Source of the DNA: a bacterium | GTDB taxonomy: Bacteria > Patescibacteriota > Minisyncoccia > Phycocordibacterales > VMGT01 | Assembly: GCA_030697645.1 (NCBI GenBank) | Contig: JAUYPI010000004.1 | Coordinates: 1,141-65,140, forward strand | Length of the DNA: 64,000 nucleotides | Reading direction: 5' to 3' | Shown: positions 20,108-28,154 of the stretch, piece after piece | Position numbering within the stretch: the first letter of the stretch is position 1 | Layout: every line of letters begins with the position of its first letter | The notes under the pieces: model-generated | Told to the model about the DNA's origin: nothing | Database searches by the model: none | Seen by the model: only the letters and a program-made list of their open reading frames with translations | Program-made: the position numbers and the translations under genes

Positions 20108-22315
20108 ATGCTACTCAACAAAACCCTCCGTTTGATAGCGCTCGCCGGAATTTTCCTCCTGCCGCTCATTCCGATCTACGTTGCGCGGAGTATGTTTTTT
20201 CCGTTCATCACCGGGAAAAATTTTGCGTTTCGTATCATCGTCGAAATTGTGTTTGCCGCATGGCTCCTGCTCTGCGTCCGCGACCGCGCGTATCGTCCAC
20301 GACGCTCGACCATTCTCTCTGTGCTCGCGGTTCTCCTCGGTATCATTCTCATTACCGACTTTACCGGCGTCAATCTCTTCCAGAGCCTCTGGAGCAACTT
20401 TGAGCGCATGGAGGGTCTTTTTACGCTCCTCCACCTCGGCGCCTACTTTCTCGTCGCGGGATCGCTCCTCACAACGGAAAAACTTTGGAAACGCTTCTGG
20501 CACGTCTCGCTTTTCGTCAGCGCCTATCTCGGGTTCTACGGTCTGCTCCAGCTTGCAGGCGTGAAGGAGATCAATCAGGGCGGCGCGCGGCTTGACGCGA
20601 CACTCGGCAACGCCACCTATTTTGCAATCTACATGGTCTTTCACGCATTTATCGCCGCCTTCTATTCTCTGCGTCAGAGCAGCGGCAAACTTCTGAAAGG
20701 GCTCTACGGGCTCTTAATCGCGCTCCAGCTCTATACGCTCTATCATACGGCCACTCGTGGCGCACTTCTCGGGTTCCTCGGCGGTGCGCTCCTCGCGACA
20801 GTGTTAATCGCGATTTTTGGGCGGGAGCACCGCGTGCTGCGGCGCGCTTCGCTCGGTGTACTCGCTGGCCTGCTCATTCTCATCGGCGCGTTTTTTGCCC
20901 TGCGGAATAGCGACTTCGTGCGCCAGAGCGAAGTGCTCGGGCGTTTCGCCTCGCTCTCGCTCTCCGAGGGCCGGGTGCGCTTCTATGTGTGGAACATGGG
21001 ACTTCAGGGCTTCAAGGAACGGCCGCTCCTCGGCTGGGGGCAGGGCAATTTCGATGTGGTGTTCAATAAATACTACGATCCGCGGATGTATACGCAGGAG
21101 CCGTGGTTCGACCGCGCGCATGACATCGTCTTTGACTGGCTGATCACCGCCGGCGTCTTCGGCCTCCTTGGCTACTTTGCCCTTTTTGCCGCAACGCTCA
21201 CGCTCCTCTGGAGAGACCGGGCCGGTGTATTCTCCGTCGTGGATAAATCACTCCTCACCGGCCTCCTCGCCGCCTATCTGTTCCACAACATTTTCGTCTT
21301 CGATAATATCACGAGCTACCTGCTTTTCTTTAGCGTGCTTGCGTTCATCCACTCGCGGGAGAGTAGCAATGCTCGCCCGCTGTTTGCCGAGCGCGATCAA
21401 GCGCGGCTCGCTCCGCGCGGTGGCAGCGCCGGAGTTCTTCCTGCGGACCGTATCGCGATCCCCCTCGTTCTGATTGGACTCGTTGTTGTGCTCTATGCGC
21501 TGAATATCAAGGGCATCAACGCCTCACGTCTTCTCATACAGGCGATTTCTCCGCAGGAGAAGGGCGTCACCGAGAATCTCGCGCTCTTCCGCCGCGCGAT
21601 CGCCGCAAGCCCGATCGGCCGGATGGAAGCGCGCGAGCAGCTCGTCCAATTCGCGCTCGAGGCAGCAGGGGCGGAGAAGATACCGCCGGAGCTTAAGGAG
21701 GAGATCGCACGCACCGCAGAGCAAGAGATGCTCGCGATGCTCGAGACGATACCGCGCTCCGCGCGCCACCGCTTTTTCCTCGGCGTGTTTTACCGCCGCT
21801 TGGGCCGTCACGAGGATGCCGTGAAGATGCTTACCGAGGCGCTCGAACTCTCGGAGCACAAGCAGCAGCTCCGGTTCGAGCTCGGCCTCACGCACCTCGA
21901 TGCAAGCGAGTTTGACAAGGCGCTTGCGGTGCTGAAGACCGCCTACGAGGATGCGCCGGAGTACTCGGAGGCGCTTATGCTCTACGGGCTCACGGCAATC
22001 TATAGCGGAGAGCTCGAGCTCGCCGACGAGGTTTTCACTAAACGGTTCGGTTCGCCGATCCTCGATGACAATCGCGTGCTCAAGGCCTATTTTGACACGG
22101 GCAATCACGATCGAGTCGTCGCGATCTGGCAGAAGCGCGTCGAGCAGGATCCGGAGAACGCGCAGCTCCACGCCTCGCTTGGCGTATCATACGCCCAAAT
22201 CGGCGACCGTCAGGCTGCAATCGCCGAGATCGAGCATGCGATCAAGCTGCGGCCGGATCAAAAAGACAGGGGTGAGGAGCTCATCCGCCAAATCCGCTCC
22301 GGCAAGGTGCCGTAA
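20108..22315 (+). CDS. O-antigen ligase (Wzy_C)-like polytopic membrane protein with C-terminal TPR domain
   Basis: ~12 TM helices with a conserved loop (HTATRGALLGF), then TPR-like repeats (RFFLGVFYRRLGRHEDAVKM..., ASLGVSYAQIGDRQAAI...). Confidence 0.6.
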   Translation: MLLNKTLRLIALAGIFLLPLIPIYVARSMFFPFITGKNFAFRIIVEIVFAAWLLLCVRDRAYRPRRSTILSVLAVLLGIILITDFTGVNLFQSLWSNFERMEGLFTLLHLGAYFLVAGSLLTTEKLWKRFWHVSLFVSAYLGFYGLLQLAGVKEINQGGARLDATLGNATYFAIYMVFHAFIAAFYSLRQSSGKLLKGLYGLLIALQLYTLYHTATRGALLGFLGGALLATVLIAIFGREHRVLRRASLGVLAGLLILIGAFFALRNSDFVRQSEVLGRFASLSLSEGRVRFYVWNMGLQGFKERPLLGWGQGNFDVVFNKYYDPRMYTQEPWFDRAHDIVFDWLITAGVFGLLGYFALFAATLTLLWRDRAGVFSVVDKSLLTGLLAAYLFHNIFVFDNITSYLLFFSVLAFIHSRESSNARPLFAERDQARLAPRGGSAGVLPADRIAIPLVLIGLVVVLYALNIKGINASRLLIQAISPQEKGVTENLALFRRAIAASPIGRMEAREQLVQFALEAAGAEKIPPELKEEIARTAEQEMLAMLETIPRSARHRFFLGVFYRRLGRHEDAVKMLTEALELSEHKQQLRFELGLTHLDASEFDKALAVLKTAYEDAPEYSEALMLYGLTAIYSGELELADEVFTKRFGSPILDDNRVLKAYFDTGNHDRVVAIWQKRVEQDPENAQLHASLGVSYAQIGDRQAAIAEIEHAIKLRPDQKDRGEELIRQIRSGKVP

Positions 22316-22330
22316 AAAAATAGAGGGAAT

Positions 22331-22508
22331 CGCCCACGTCTTACAATTTCACGCTCGAGCTTCGGTGTTTGGAAATGGTGTCGCCTCGCTTACGAAAAAT
22401 GCAGAACTCGGCCTCCCTGCTGGTCGGCCTCAGACAGCTGCATTTTTCTACTCGGCTCGCCATTTCCTAAACACCTCTCGCTATGCGTGAAATTGTAAGG
22501 CGTGAGCG
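22331..22508. repeat. ~180-bp nested long palindrome
   Basis: Arms cgcccacgtcttacaatttcacgc / gcgtgaaattgtaaggcgtgagcg; inner tcggtgtttggaaatggtg / ccatttcctaaacacc; centre aaaaatgcag...ctgcattttt. Confidence 0.6.
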
Positions 22509-22693
22509 ATTTTGTGAGAGGCAGACGACGCACACTCTGTCCGATCGGATATTCTGCGCGTCGTTTCTGTAGTGGGTGTTTTTTGTTTTTTCAATGTTGC
22601 GCGGTCAGCAGACGCATATTATAGTGTCGGTTAGACAGTTCGGATTTGTGTTTCGACATGCGCTACATCCTAACGGAGTAAGGTGGTAGAACG

Positions 22694-23044
22694 ATGACTG
22701 AAGTGGCATTCCTGATAGAACTCGTTGCAGATGCCGACGTCGCGATGTGGGAGCATGTACTTTGCGAACTTGAAGTGCTCCTGCCGGGGACCGAGCCCAT
22801 ACCGTGTAAATTTCGGGCCTCACGGGGAATGTTTATTACGGGACATTGCAGCAAGGAGGCGTACGAGCAGGCCTTCGGTGCTCAGGTTGAGGATCGGACG
22901 AAAACGAGTGACCATCTGAACAGCAGCTCGCAGACAACCGAAGGCTGGGCTGAGGTCATCCCCGCACGAATTCCTGACAATCTTGCGGCGCATGTGCAGT
23001 CTATCACACTCGACGATCGGGCCTTTCGGACCTTAGCCCAGTGA
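22694..23044 (+). CDS. hypothetical protein
   Basis: 116-aa ORF in an otherwise gene-free interval; no motif recognised. Confidence 0.2.
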   Translation: MTEVAFLIELVADADVAMWEHVLCELEVLLPGTEPIPCKFRASRGMFITGHCSKEAYEQAFGAQVEDRTKTSDHLNSSSQTTEGWAEVIPARIPDNLAAHVQSITLDDRAFRTLAQ

Positions 23045-23103
23045 AGGCAGACACAAAAACGGGTGACACACGTGCGTGTCACCCGTTCCATTTTTTCTAA
23101 TGC

Positions 23104-23808
23104 CTAGCGCCTCTTTGCCTCGCTGCAGATTTCGTACACCACATCCTTTCGCTCCACGACGACTCTCCAGCCGCGGCTTCGGGCGATGCGGTAGAGGCGG
23201 TGGTTCGGATTGAAGCAGATCGGTTCCTCGACGAGGTCGAGGAATGCCGCGTCGTCCTCGGTGTCCCCAACGCCGATCGAGTGTGCGAGCGTGAGCCCCT
23301 CTTTCTCGAGCGCGCGGCGGAGGACCGCGCCTTTGTTTGCGATCACGTGGAGTTCCTCCACCTCGCCGGTGAAGCGACCTGTGGGACCGAGCGCGTAGAT
23401 TCTCCCGTAGACTTTGTCAAAGCCGAGCCGCTTACAGAAGGGATCAAGTACGGCCTTTGGCGATTGCGAGACCGCAAGGAGAAAGTAGCGGCGGCGTTTT
23501 AGGTCGCGGATAAGATCGCGCGTGAAGCGGTAGAGATGCTGTTCTTGTTCGCGGATTACCTTCTTGCCGACCTCTTTCAGGTCGCCGTAGTAGACACCTT
23601 TGATATGCCGATAAAAGATCGCGACCATCGCCGTGATGTACGTTTCGTAATCGCCCCGACGATTGAGCCATGCGTGGTATTCGCGCTCATACCCCCGCCG
23701 TGCGCGCTCGGGGAACACGCCCTCGCGAATCAACGCTTCCACGAGTTCAACAAATATGCTCGAGCGAAATACGGTGCCGTCAATGTCGAAAATGGCGACT
23801 TTGCGCAT
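23104..23808 (-). CDS. HAD-superfamily hydrolase (subfamily IB-like)
   Basis: N-terminal motif I FDIDGT, C-terminal GVGDTEDD (motif IV-like); start set at MRKVAIFDIDGT. Confidence 0.65.
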   Translation of the reverse strand: MRKVAIFDIDGTVFRSSIFVELVEALIREGVFPERARRGYEREYHAWLNRRGDYETYITAMVAIFYRHIKGVYYGDLKEVGKKVIREQEQHLYRFTRDLIRDLKRRRYFLLAVSQSPKAVLDPFCKRLGFDKVYGRIYALGPTGRFTGEVEELHVIANKGAVLRRALEKEGLTLAHSIGVGDTEDDAAFLDLVEEPICFNPNHRLYRIARSRGWRVVVERKDVVYEICSEAKRR

Positions 23809-23825
23809 GCTTGATATTGGTGGGC

Positions 23826-23858
23826 GGTTTTTCGTATCCATGGGCAAGGAGGGAGTCG
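23826..23858. repeat. 33-bp direct repeat duplicating the 3' end of tRNA-Leu (second copy 24035-24067)
   Basis: ggtttttcgtatccatgggcaaggagggagtcg occurs twice ~210 bp apart, with an inverted partial copy (23994-24017) between them. Confidence 0.7.
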
Positions 23859-24049
23859 GTCACGAATAAATTTCCTGACGGAAATTTTTCGCGACCCCGC
23901 CTCGCGGTGCTCGCCTTGTCCTCGCTCCGCTCAGACAAACTCGCACATCGCTGCGGCCTTCGACTCCCTCACGCACGGTGCGCAGGCACCGTGCTCTTGC
24001 CCATGGACGAAAAACGTCCCGTTTTGGTCGGCACGGTTTTTCGTATCCA

Positions 24050-24131
24050 TGGGCAAGGAGGGAGTCGAACCCTCAACCCTTGCGGGACAGCGTCCTAAGC
24101 GCTGCGCGTATGCCATTTCCGCCACTTGCCC
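24050..24131 (-). tRNA. tRNA-Leu (anticodon UAG) with long variable arm
   Basis: Manual fold: acceptor GGGCAAG/CTTGCCC, anticodon stem CAGCG/CGCTG with loop CTTAGGA, variable hairpin CCCGCAAGGG, T-arm GAGGGTTCGACTCCCTC. Confidence 0.7.
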
Positions 24132-24192
24132 TCGGATGCACTCTAGCATAGGTGTGATATACTGGACACATTAGCAACGTGTTAATTATTTT

Positions 24193-24453
24193 GTGAGTAT
24201 GCCAAAAGTTTCTATTTACACGACGCCGACGTGCGTGTATTGTCGGGCGGCGAAGGATTTTTTTAAGGAGCACAATGTCTCCTATGAGGAGTATAACGTC
24301 GCGACCGACCTTGCGCACCGCGAGGAGATGATCGCAAAGAGCGGCCAGATGGGAGTCCCAGTGATTCTCATCACGAAAGACGGCGCAACAGAGCCCGAAG
24401 TAGTCGTCGGCTTCGATGAAGCGCGGCTCTCGGAGCTCCTCGGCGTCTCCTAG
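24193..24453 (+). CDS. glutaredoxin-family protein (NrdH/Grx-like, CVYC active site)
   Basis: 86 aa; TPTCVYCRAAK CxxC motif and thioredoxin-fold length. Confidence 0.8.
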   Translation: MSMPKVSIYTTPTCVYCRAAKDFFKEHNVSYEEYNVATDLAHREEMIAKSGQMGVPVILITKDGATEPEVVVGFDEARLSELLGVS

Positions 24454-24466
24454 CTACGTCCCGGGC

Positions 24467-24538
24467 GCCCCCGTAGTTCAATGGATAGAACTGGCCCGTC
24501 CTAAGGGCTCGATGTGGGTTCGATTCCTGCCGGGGGCA
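24467..24538 (+). tRNA. tRNA-Arg (anticodon CCU)
   Basis: Manual fold: acceptor GCCCCCG/CGGGGGC, D-arm GTTC/GAAC, anticodon stem GGCCC/GGGCT with loop GTCCTAA, T-loop TTCGATT. Confidence 0.75.
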
Positions 24539-24666
24539 TACAAGCGAAGCGAATATGCACCCGGCAGGAATCGAACGCGGCGTGTCTGCCTGCCCCTGCT
24601 TGACGGCAGGCAGGGGCACGGAACCCTGCTGGCCTGATTGTCTCATTCGAGCGACTTTGCTACACT

Positions 24667-24930
24667 TTGCTCATGGACCCAAATGACCGGCAGTTGCTCA
24701 AGCACGTCGCTCTGCTTGTCGAAGAGAACACGGTGATTCTCCGCAAGCTCCTCCGGGCTGAGAAGATGCGCCGTCTCGTCTCCGCGCTCTACTGGCTCGC
24801 GGTGCTTGCGATTTCGCTTGGCGCTTACTACTTCATCCAACCATACCTCGACAAGCTGCTTTCGATCTACGGAAACGTCCGCGGCGGCGTCGAGAACGTA
24901 GGAGGCACGATTCTCAAGGGCGGCGGGTGA
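24667..24930 (+). CDS. hypothetical small membrane protein
   Basis: 87 aa, one TM helix, Gly-rich C-terminus. Confidence 0.3.
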   Translation: MLMDPNDRQLLKHVALLVEENTVILRKLLRAEKMRRLVSALYWLAVLAISLGAYYFIQPYLDKLLSIYGNVRGGVENVGGTILKGGG

Positions 24931-25685
24931 GGTTATCCACAGGTTGCGTGCTAAAATTGAACTCTCTGTGCTATGCTATATGCATGCGGTCAGATCAAGA
25001 ACGCGCACGTAAGATGCGTATCGGCGGTTACAGTTATCAAGAAATTCACCAGACTCTTGGAGTCCCAAAGTCGACCCTTTCGTCTTGGTTTTCTGGGCTG
25101 CTACTCTCACGGTCAGCACAAAGAAGGATAAATCAGAGAGTGAATCAAGGGCTTGTAAATGGATTAGTGAGACGCAATAAACTTCAGACGCATTTGGCGC
25201 GACGGCGAGCGAGAGAAACCCGCGAGCTTTCTGCGGGTGAGGTGGGCAAACTTTCAGAGCGCGAGTTGCTGCTCATAGGAGTTGCATTATATTGGGCAGA
25301 GGGTTATAAGAAATCTGTTATCAAAAATGGTAAAGAGCGTACATTCCATGCGATTAGTTTTACTAACACAGACCCGGCGATGGTTCGGCTCTTTGTTCGT
25401 TTTTTGACGGAAATTATCCATCTGCCTCAATCAAAAATACGTTTCCACGTGCGACTGTTCCCACATATCAATGAGGATGACGCATTACGATACTGGCTGG
25501 AAGCGTCCGGACTCCCAGAAGAGAGCGCCCTTAAACCTACGGTTGTCACTAGCGTGTCGAGTCTTCGGAAGCGACCCTTTAATCGGTTGCCTTACGGTGT
25601 TGTTCAGATTAGGGCATGCGATACCAAAAATTTTTATCGGATTATGGGATGGATCGACGGAATAAAACAGTTCGTTACAGTTTAA
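24927..25685 (+). CDS. HTH-domain protein with weak LAGLIDADG-like segments (candidate free-standing homing-endonuclease-like gene)
   Basis: N-terminal HTH (GYSYQEIHQTLGVPKSTLSSWF); LLLIGVALYWAEGYK and ISFTNTD weakly resemble LAGLIDADG blocks; ends 8 nt before the intron-containing tRNA; start uncertain (24927 or 24984). Confidence 0.4.
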   Translation: MRLSTGCVLKLNSLCYAICMRSDQERARKMRIGGYSYQEIHQTLGVPKSTLSSWFSGLLLSRSAQRRINQRVNQGLVNGLVRRNKLQTHLARRRARETRELSAGEVGKLSERELLLIGVALYWAEGYKKSVIKNGKERTFHAISFTNTDPAMVRLFVRFLTEIIHLPQSKIRFHVRLFPHINEDDALRYWLEASGLPEESALKPTVVTSVSSLRKRPFNRLPYGVVQIRACDTKNFYRIMGWIDGIKQFVTV

Positions 25686-25692
25686 TACTAAT

Positions 25693-26055
25693 GCCGCGGT
25701 AGCTCAGTGGTAGAGCGCTTGCCTGAAATCTTCGGGCCGTTTCGCAGTAATGCGGAAATGAAAATCGGGCGAAATGCTGGAAACCCTAACGTCGCAGTCG
25801 AGGGCAATCAGCACCCCGCCGTAAAGTCCCATAAGGAAACTTTACGGCAAGGTCAGAGACTATCCTTTTTTGGAGTACTGGATGTATGACGTCACGGGCG
25901 AATCTTAGGAAGTTCGTCGTTACGATATATCTCGGAAGCACCCGATCTCCCCTGATCAGCAATGGCGGGGAGAGTGATATAGTCCAATCCTCAAGGTGAC
26001 TTGAGTTCCATTTTGGAAGAGCAAGGCGTCGGGTGTTCGATTCACCCCCGCGGCA
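25693..26055 (+). tRNA. tRNA-Phe (anticodon GAA) interrupted by a group I intron in the anticodon loop
   Basis: Exon 1 GCCGCGGTAGCTCAGTGGTAGAGCGCTTGCCT; exon 2 GAAGAGCAAGGCGTCGGGTGTTCGATTCACCCCCGCGGCA; spliced loop CTGAAGA; all stems complementary. Confidence 0.7.
25725..26015 (+). ncRNA. group I self-splicing intron (~291 nt, no ORF)
   Basis: P1 GCCU|GAAAUCUUC-GGGC with the U.G pair at the 5' splice site; R element GGUCAGAGACUAUCC (cf. GUUCAGAGACUACA); S element GAUAUAGUCC exact; ends in G before exon 2. Confidence 0.65.
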
Positions 26056-26060
26056 CACAA

Positions 26061-26239
26061 TAGACCTCTTGCATAACCCGCTCCTGCTGCGATTTTTGAT
26101 TTTTGGCTGCGACTTCGTCAGCCGTCGCAAAATGGTTCTCGCCGTACAACAAGTACGCCGTCGAACCATTTTGCTTGTCTTCCTCGTCTCGCTCAAAAAT
26201 CAAAAATCTCGCCACGAAACGGGTTATGCAAGAGGTCTA
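26061..26239. repeat. ~180-bp TIR-bounded palindromic element, copy 2
   Basis: Starts 5 nt after the tRNA-Phe 3' end; TIRs tagacctcttgcataacccg / cgggttatgcaagaggtcta. Confidence 0.85.
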
Positions 26240-26255
26240 ATTTTTTCGCAGTCTT

Positions 26256-26654
26256 ATGCAGCGCGCGGCGTTTGAGAAATTGATTGATGAGAGCTTTGCG
26301 CTGCTGCCGGAGCGTATCCGGGAGCGGATTTCAAACGTCGCGATTCTCGTTGAAGATGAGCCGAATGCTGAAGTGCGAGGGAAGGAGGAGCTTGCGGAGG
26401 ACGAGACACTTTTGGGCTATTACCACGGCATTCCACTTGCGGAGCGCGGGAGCGACTACGGCGTCGGCATGACCCTGCCGGACACGATCACGCTCTACCA
26501 GCTTCCGATCGAGGATGAGGCGGACGAGAGTCCCGAGGAAGTGCGACGCGTGATCGCCGAGACCCTCTGGCACGAAGTCGCGCACCATTTCGGGATGGAC
26601 GAAGGAGAAGTGCGGTCGAAGGAAAGGGCGCGAGGGCGGAGGCGAGGCAGATGA
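26256..26654 (+). CDS. minimal zinc metalloprotease-like protein (COG3824-type, HExxH near C-terminus)
   Basis: 132 aa; TLWHEVAHHFGMDE HExxH motif, acidic N-terminal half. Confidence 0.55.
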   Translation: MQRAAFEKLIDESFALLPERIRERISNVAILVEDEPNAEVRGKEELAEDETLLGYYHGIPLAERGSDYGVGMTLPDTITLYQLPIEDEADESPEEVRRVIAETLWHEVAHHFGMDEGEVRSKERARGRRRGR

Positions 26655-26830
26655 TGGTGGTATTAAGGTTTGAAATTCGAAGCACGAATATCGAAATCCG
26701 AACCGAACATTTGACCAGTGACATTTGACGCCTGGCTTCGAACCCGCTGTCGCCGTGTCAAAGGTCAAATGTCACATGTTAAATGTCGTGATTCGAATTT
26801 CGTGCTTCTATATTCGGATTTTGGCGGTAC
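26655..26830. repeat. composite modular palindromic element (cgaaatccgaa arms + acatttgacc/ggtcaaatgt core)
   Basis: Combines the arm module of the 30367/40893 elements with the core of the 1062 element. Confidence 0.6.
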
Positions 26831-26840
26831 GCTTTATGTC

Positions 26841-27284
26841 ATGAACGTGTTGTTTGTTTCTGTTACGGCATTCGTATTGCACCTCGTCTGGGAGATGCTT
26901 CACCTCCCGCTCTACCGCGGTTACGAGGAGTTGAACACGCTGTTGCCTTTACCGCTCTGGGCCGCGCTCGGCGACGTGTTCTACACGCTCCTTGCGTTCG
27001 CTCTCGTGAGTCTTTTTAAAAGAAGCGGCCTGCGCTGGATAGCGCAGGCGAGGATGTCTGACTTTGTCGGCCTTGCGGTGCTCGGCTTTTTGATCGCCGC
27101 GCTCGTCGAGTACAAAGCGCTCGCGCTCGGCCGCTGGGAGTATGCAGCCGCGATGCCGATCGTGCCGCTGCTTCGCGTCGGCCTGAGTCCAATTGCGCAG
27201 ATGACGGCGCTTTTGCCGTTTTCAGTCTATCTCGGAGCGCTCTTGTTGTGCGTTACGCAAGCAATGCGTCGACGACTCCTTTGA
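26841..27284 (+). CDS. hypothetical membrane protein
   Basis: Start moved past the repeat to MNVLFVSV; 4 predicted TM helices. Confidence 0.4.
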   Translation: MNVLFVSVTAFVLHLVWEMLHLPLYRGYEELNTLLPLPLWAALGDVFYTLLAFALVSLFKRSGLRWIAQARMSDFVGLAVLGFLIAALVEYKALALGRWEYAAAMPIVPLLRVGLSPIAQMTALLPFSVYLGALLLCVTQAMRRRLL

Positions 27285-27705
27285 CGACTGCGCCGTCGGC
27301 GCGGCCTTTGAGCTCGGCCATGAGCGCTTTCATGAGGGTGCCGGCGTTTTCTTTCGTCGCGATGTTGAGTCCAGCCATTTTCTCGCGCGTGATGCGCTCA
27401 ATTTCCTCGCGCGGCATTTGCTGCGGGAGATAGGTCTCGAGTACGCGAAGCTCGGCCTCTTCTATCGTAACGAGGTCCTCGCGTCCTCCGGCACGAAATT
27501 GCTCGATTGAATCTTTGCGTTGCCGCGCGAGGCGTGCTATCACCGCAAGCGCCTCCTCGTCGGTGAGTTCGCCCTGCGGCGTGCGCTTCGTTGCGACGAG
27601 CTCGTTTACGAACGCGGCGAGCATACTACGCAGCACCGAGAGCCGCAGCGCCTCGCGCGCTCTCAAAGCCGTCTTGATCTCGTCTTTGATGCGGGAGTGG
27701 AGCAT
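27253..27705 (-). CDS. GatB/YqeY domain protein
   Basis: Full-length similarity to YqeY (MLHSRIKDEIKTALRAREALRLSVLRSMLAAF...TYLPQQM...AGTLMKALMAELKGRADGAVVKGVV). Confidence 0.75.
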   Translation of the reverse strand: MLHSRIKDEIKTALRAREALRLSVLRSMLAAFVNELVATKRTPQGELTDEEALAVIARLARQRKDSIEQFRAGGREDLVTIEEAELRVLETYLPQQMPREEIERITREKMAGLNIATKENAGTLMKALMAELKGRADGAVVKGVVDALLA

Positions 27706-27788
27706 GAGGTCACTATACTCGAGCGAGAGCAGAAATGCACCTGCCCATGAGAAGCTGCCCAAAGAGCCTTTTTAGCCACACGTAAACA

Positions 27789-27936
27789 GTAACTGCTCAC
27801 GCTGATCACAATACTACGTAACAGAGCCGTCTTTGCGAGGAGCGGAGCGACGAAGCAATCCAGAGCGAGTAACACAAACCTCCTGGATTGCTTCGCTCCT
27901 TTCGGTCGCTCGCAAAGACGGGTGTGAGCAGTGACC
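27789..27936. repeat. nested palindromic element, family GTCTTTGCGAGGAGCG...CTGGATTGCTTCGCTCC (GIY-YIG-associated family)
   Basis: Outer arms gtaactgctcacgc / gtgtgagcagtgac; inner ctttgcgaggagcgg / tcgctcgcaaag; related to 54838, 58443, 61716, 63293 and the arms flanking the GIY-YIG gene. Confidence 0.7.
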
Positions 27937-27954
27937 GCAAACAAACTGGAGAAT

Positions 27955-28052
27955 TTGCAATAATGATGCGGTCGCATAATTATTGCAAATCCCCCAACAA
28001 TGCAGGATCGGGAAATTTACAATAATTTACGATCGTGAATTATTGTAAATTT
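27955..28052. promoter_or_regulatory. two tandem AT-rich hairpins upstream of the M50 protease gene
   Basis: ttgcaataat-gatgcggtcgcat-aattattgcaa and aatttacaataat-ttacgatcgtga-attattgtaaatt. Confidence 0.3.
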
Positions 28053-28154
28053 TATATGGTATCAGCGCAGGTGGTTCATGTGGGCCACGTTGGGGGAGCG
28101 AGCGTTTTCGTATTTTGAACAAGCGCTTTCACATGGTAGCATGCGAGGTACCCT

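Noticed and set aside
23808-23847. Longer N-terminal extension of the HAD hydrolase (TTG at 23847)
   Set aside because: The extension is encoded by the duplicated tRNA 3'-end repeat. The DxDGT motif should lie near the true N-terminus, so the ATG at 23808 is preferred.
26033-26275. Repeated 60-80-aa ORFs with near-identical peptides (26033-26275, 49161-49424, 34396-34602 minus, 39909-40166 minus, 7235-7420 region)
   Set aside because: They lie entirely within copies of the 180-bp TIR element. Copies differ by paired compensatory changes that preserve hairpins, not reading frames, and the ORFs occur on both strands, so they are artefacts of repeated DNA.
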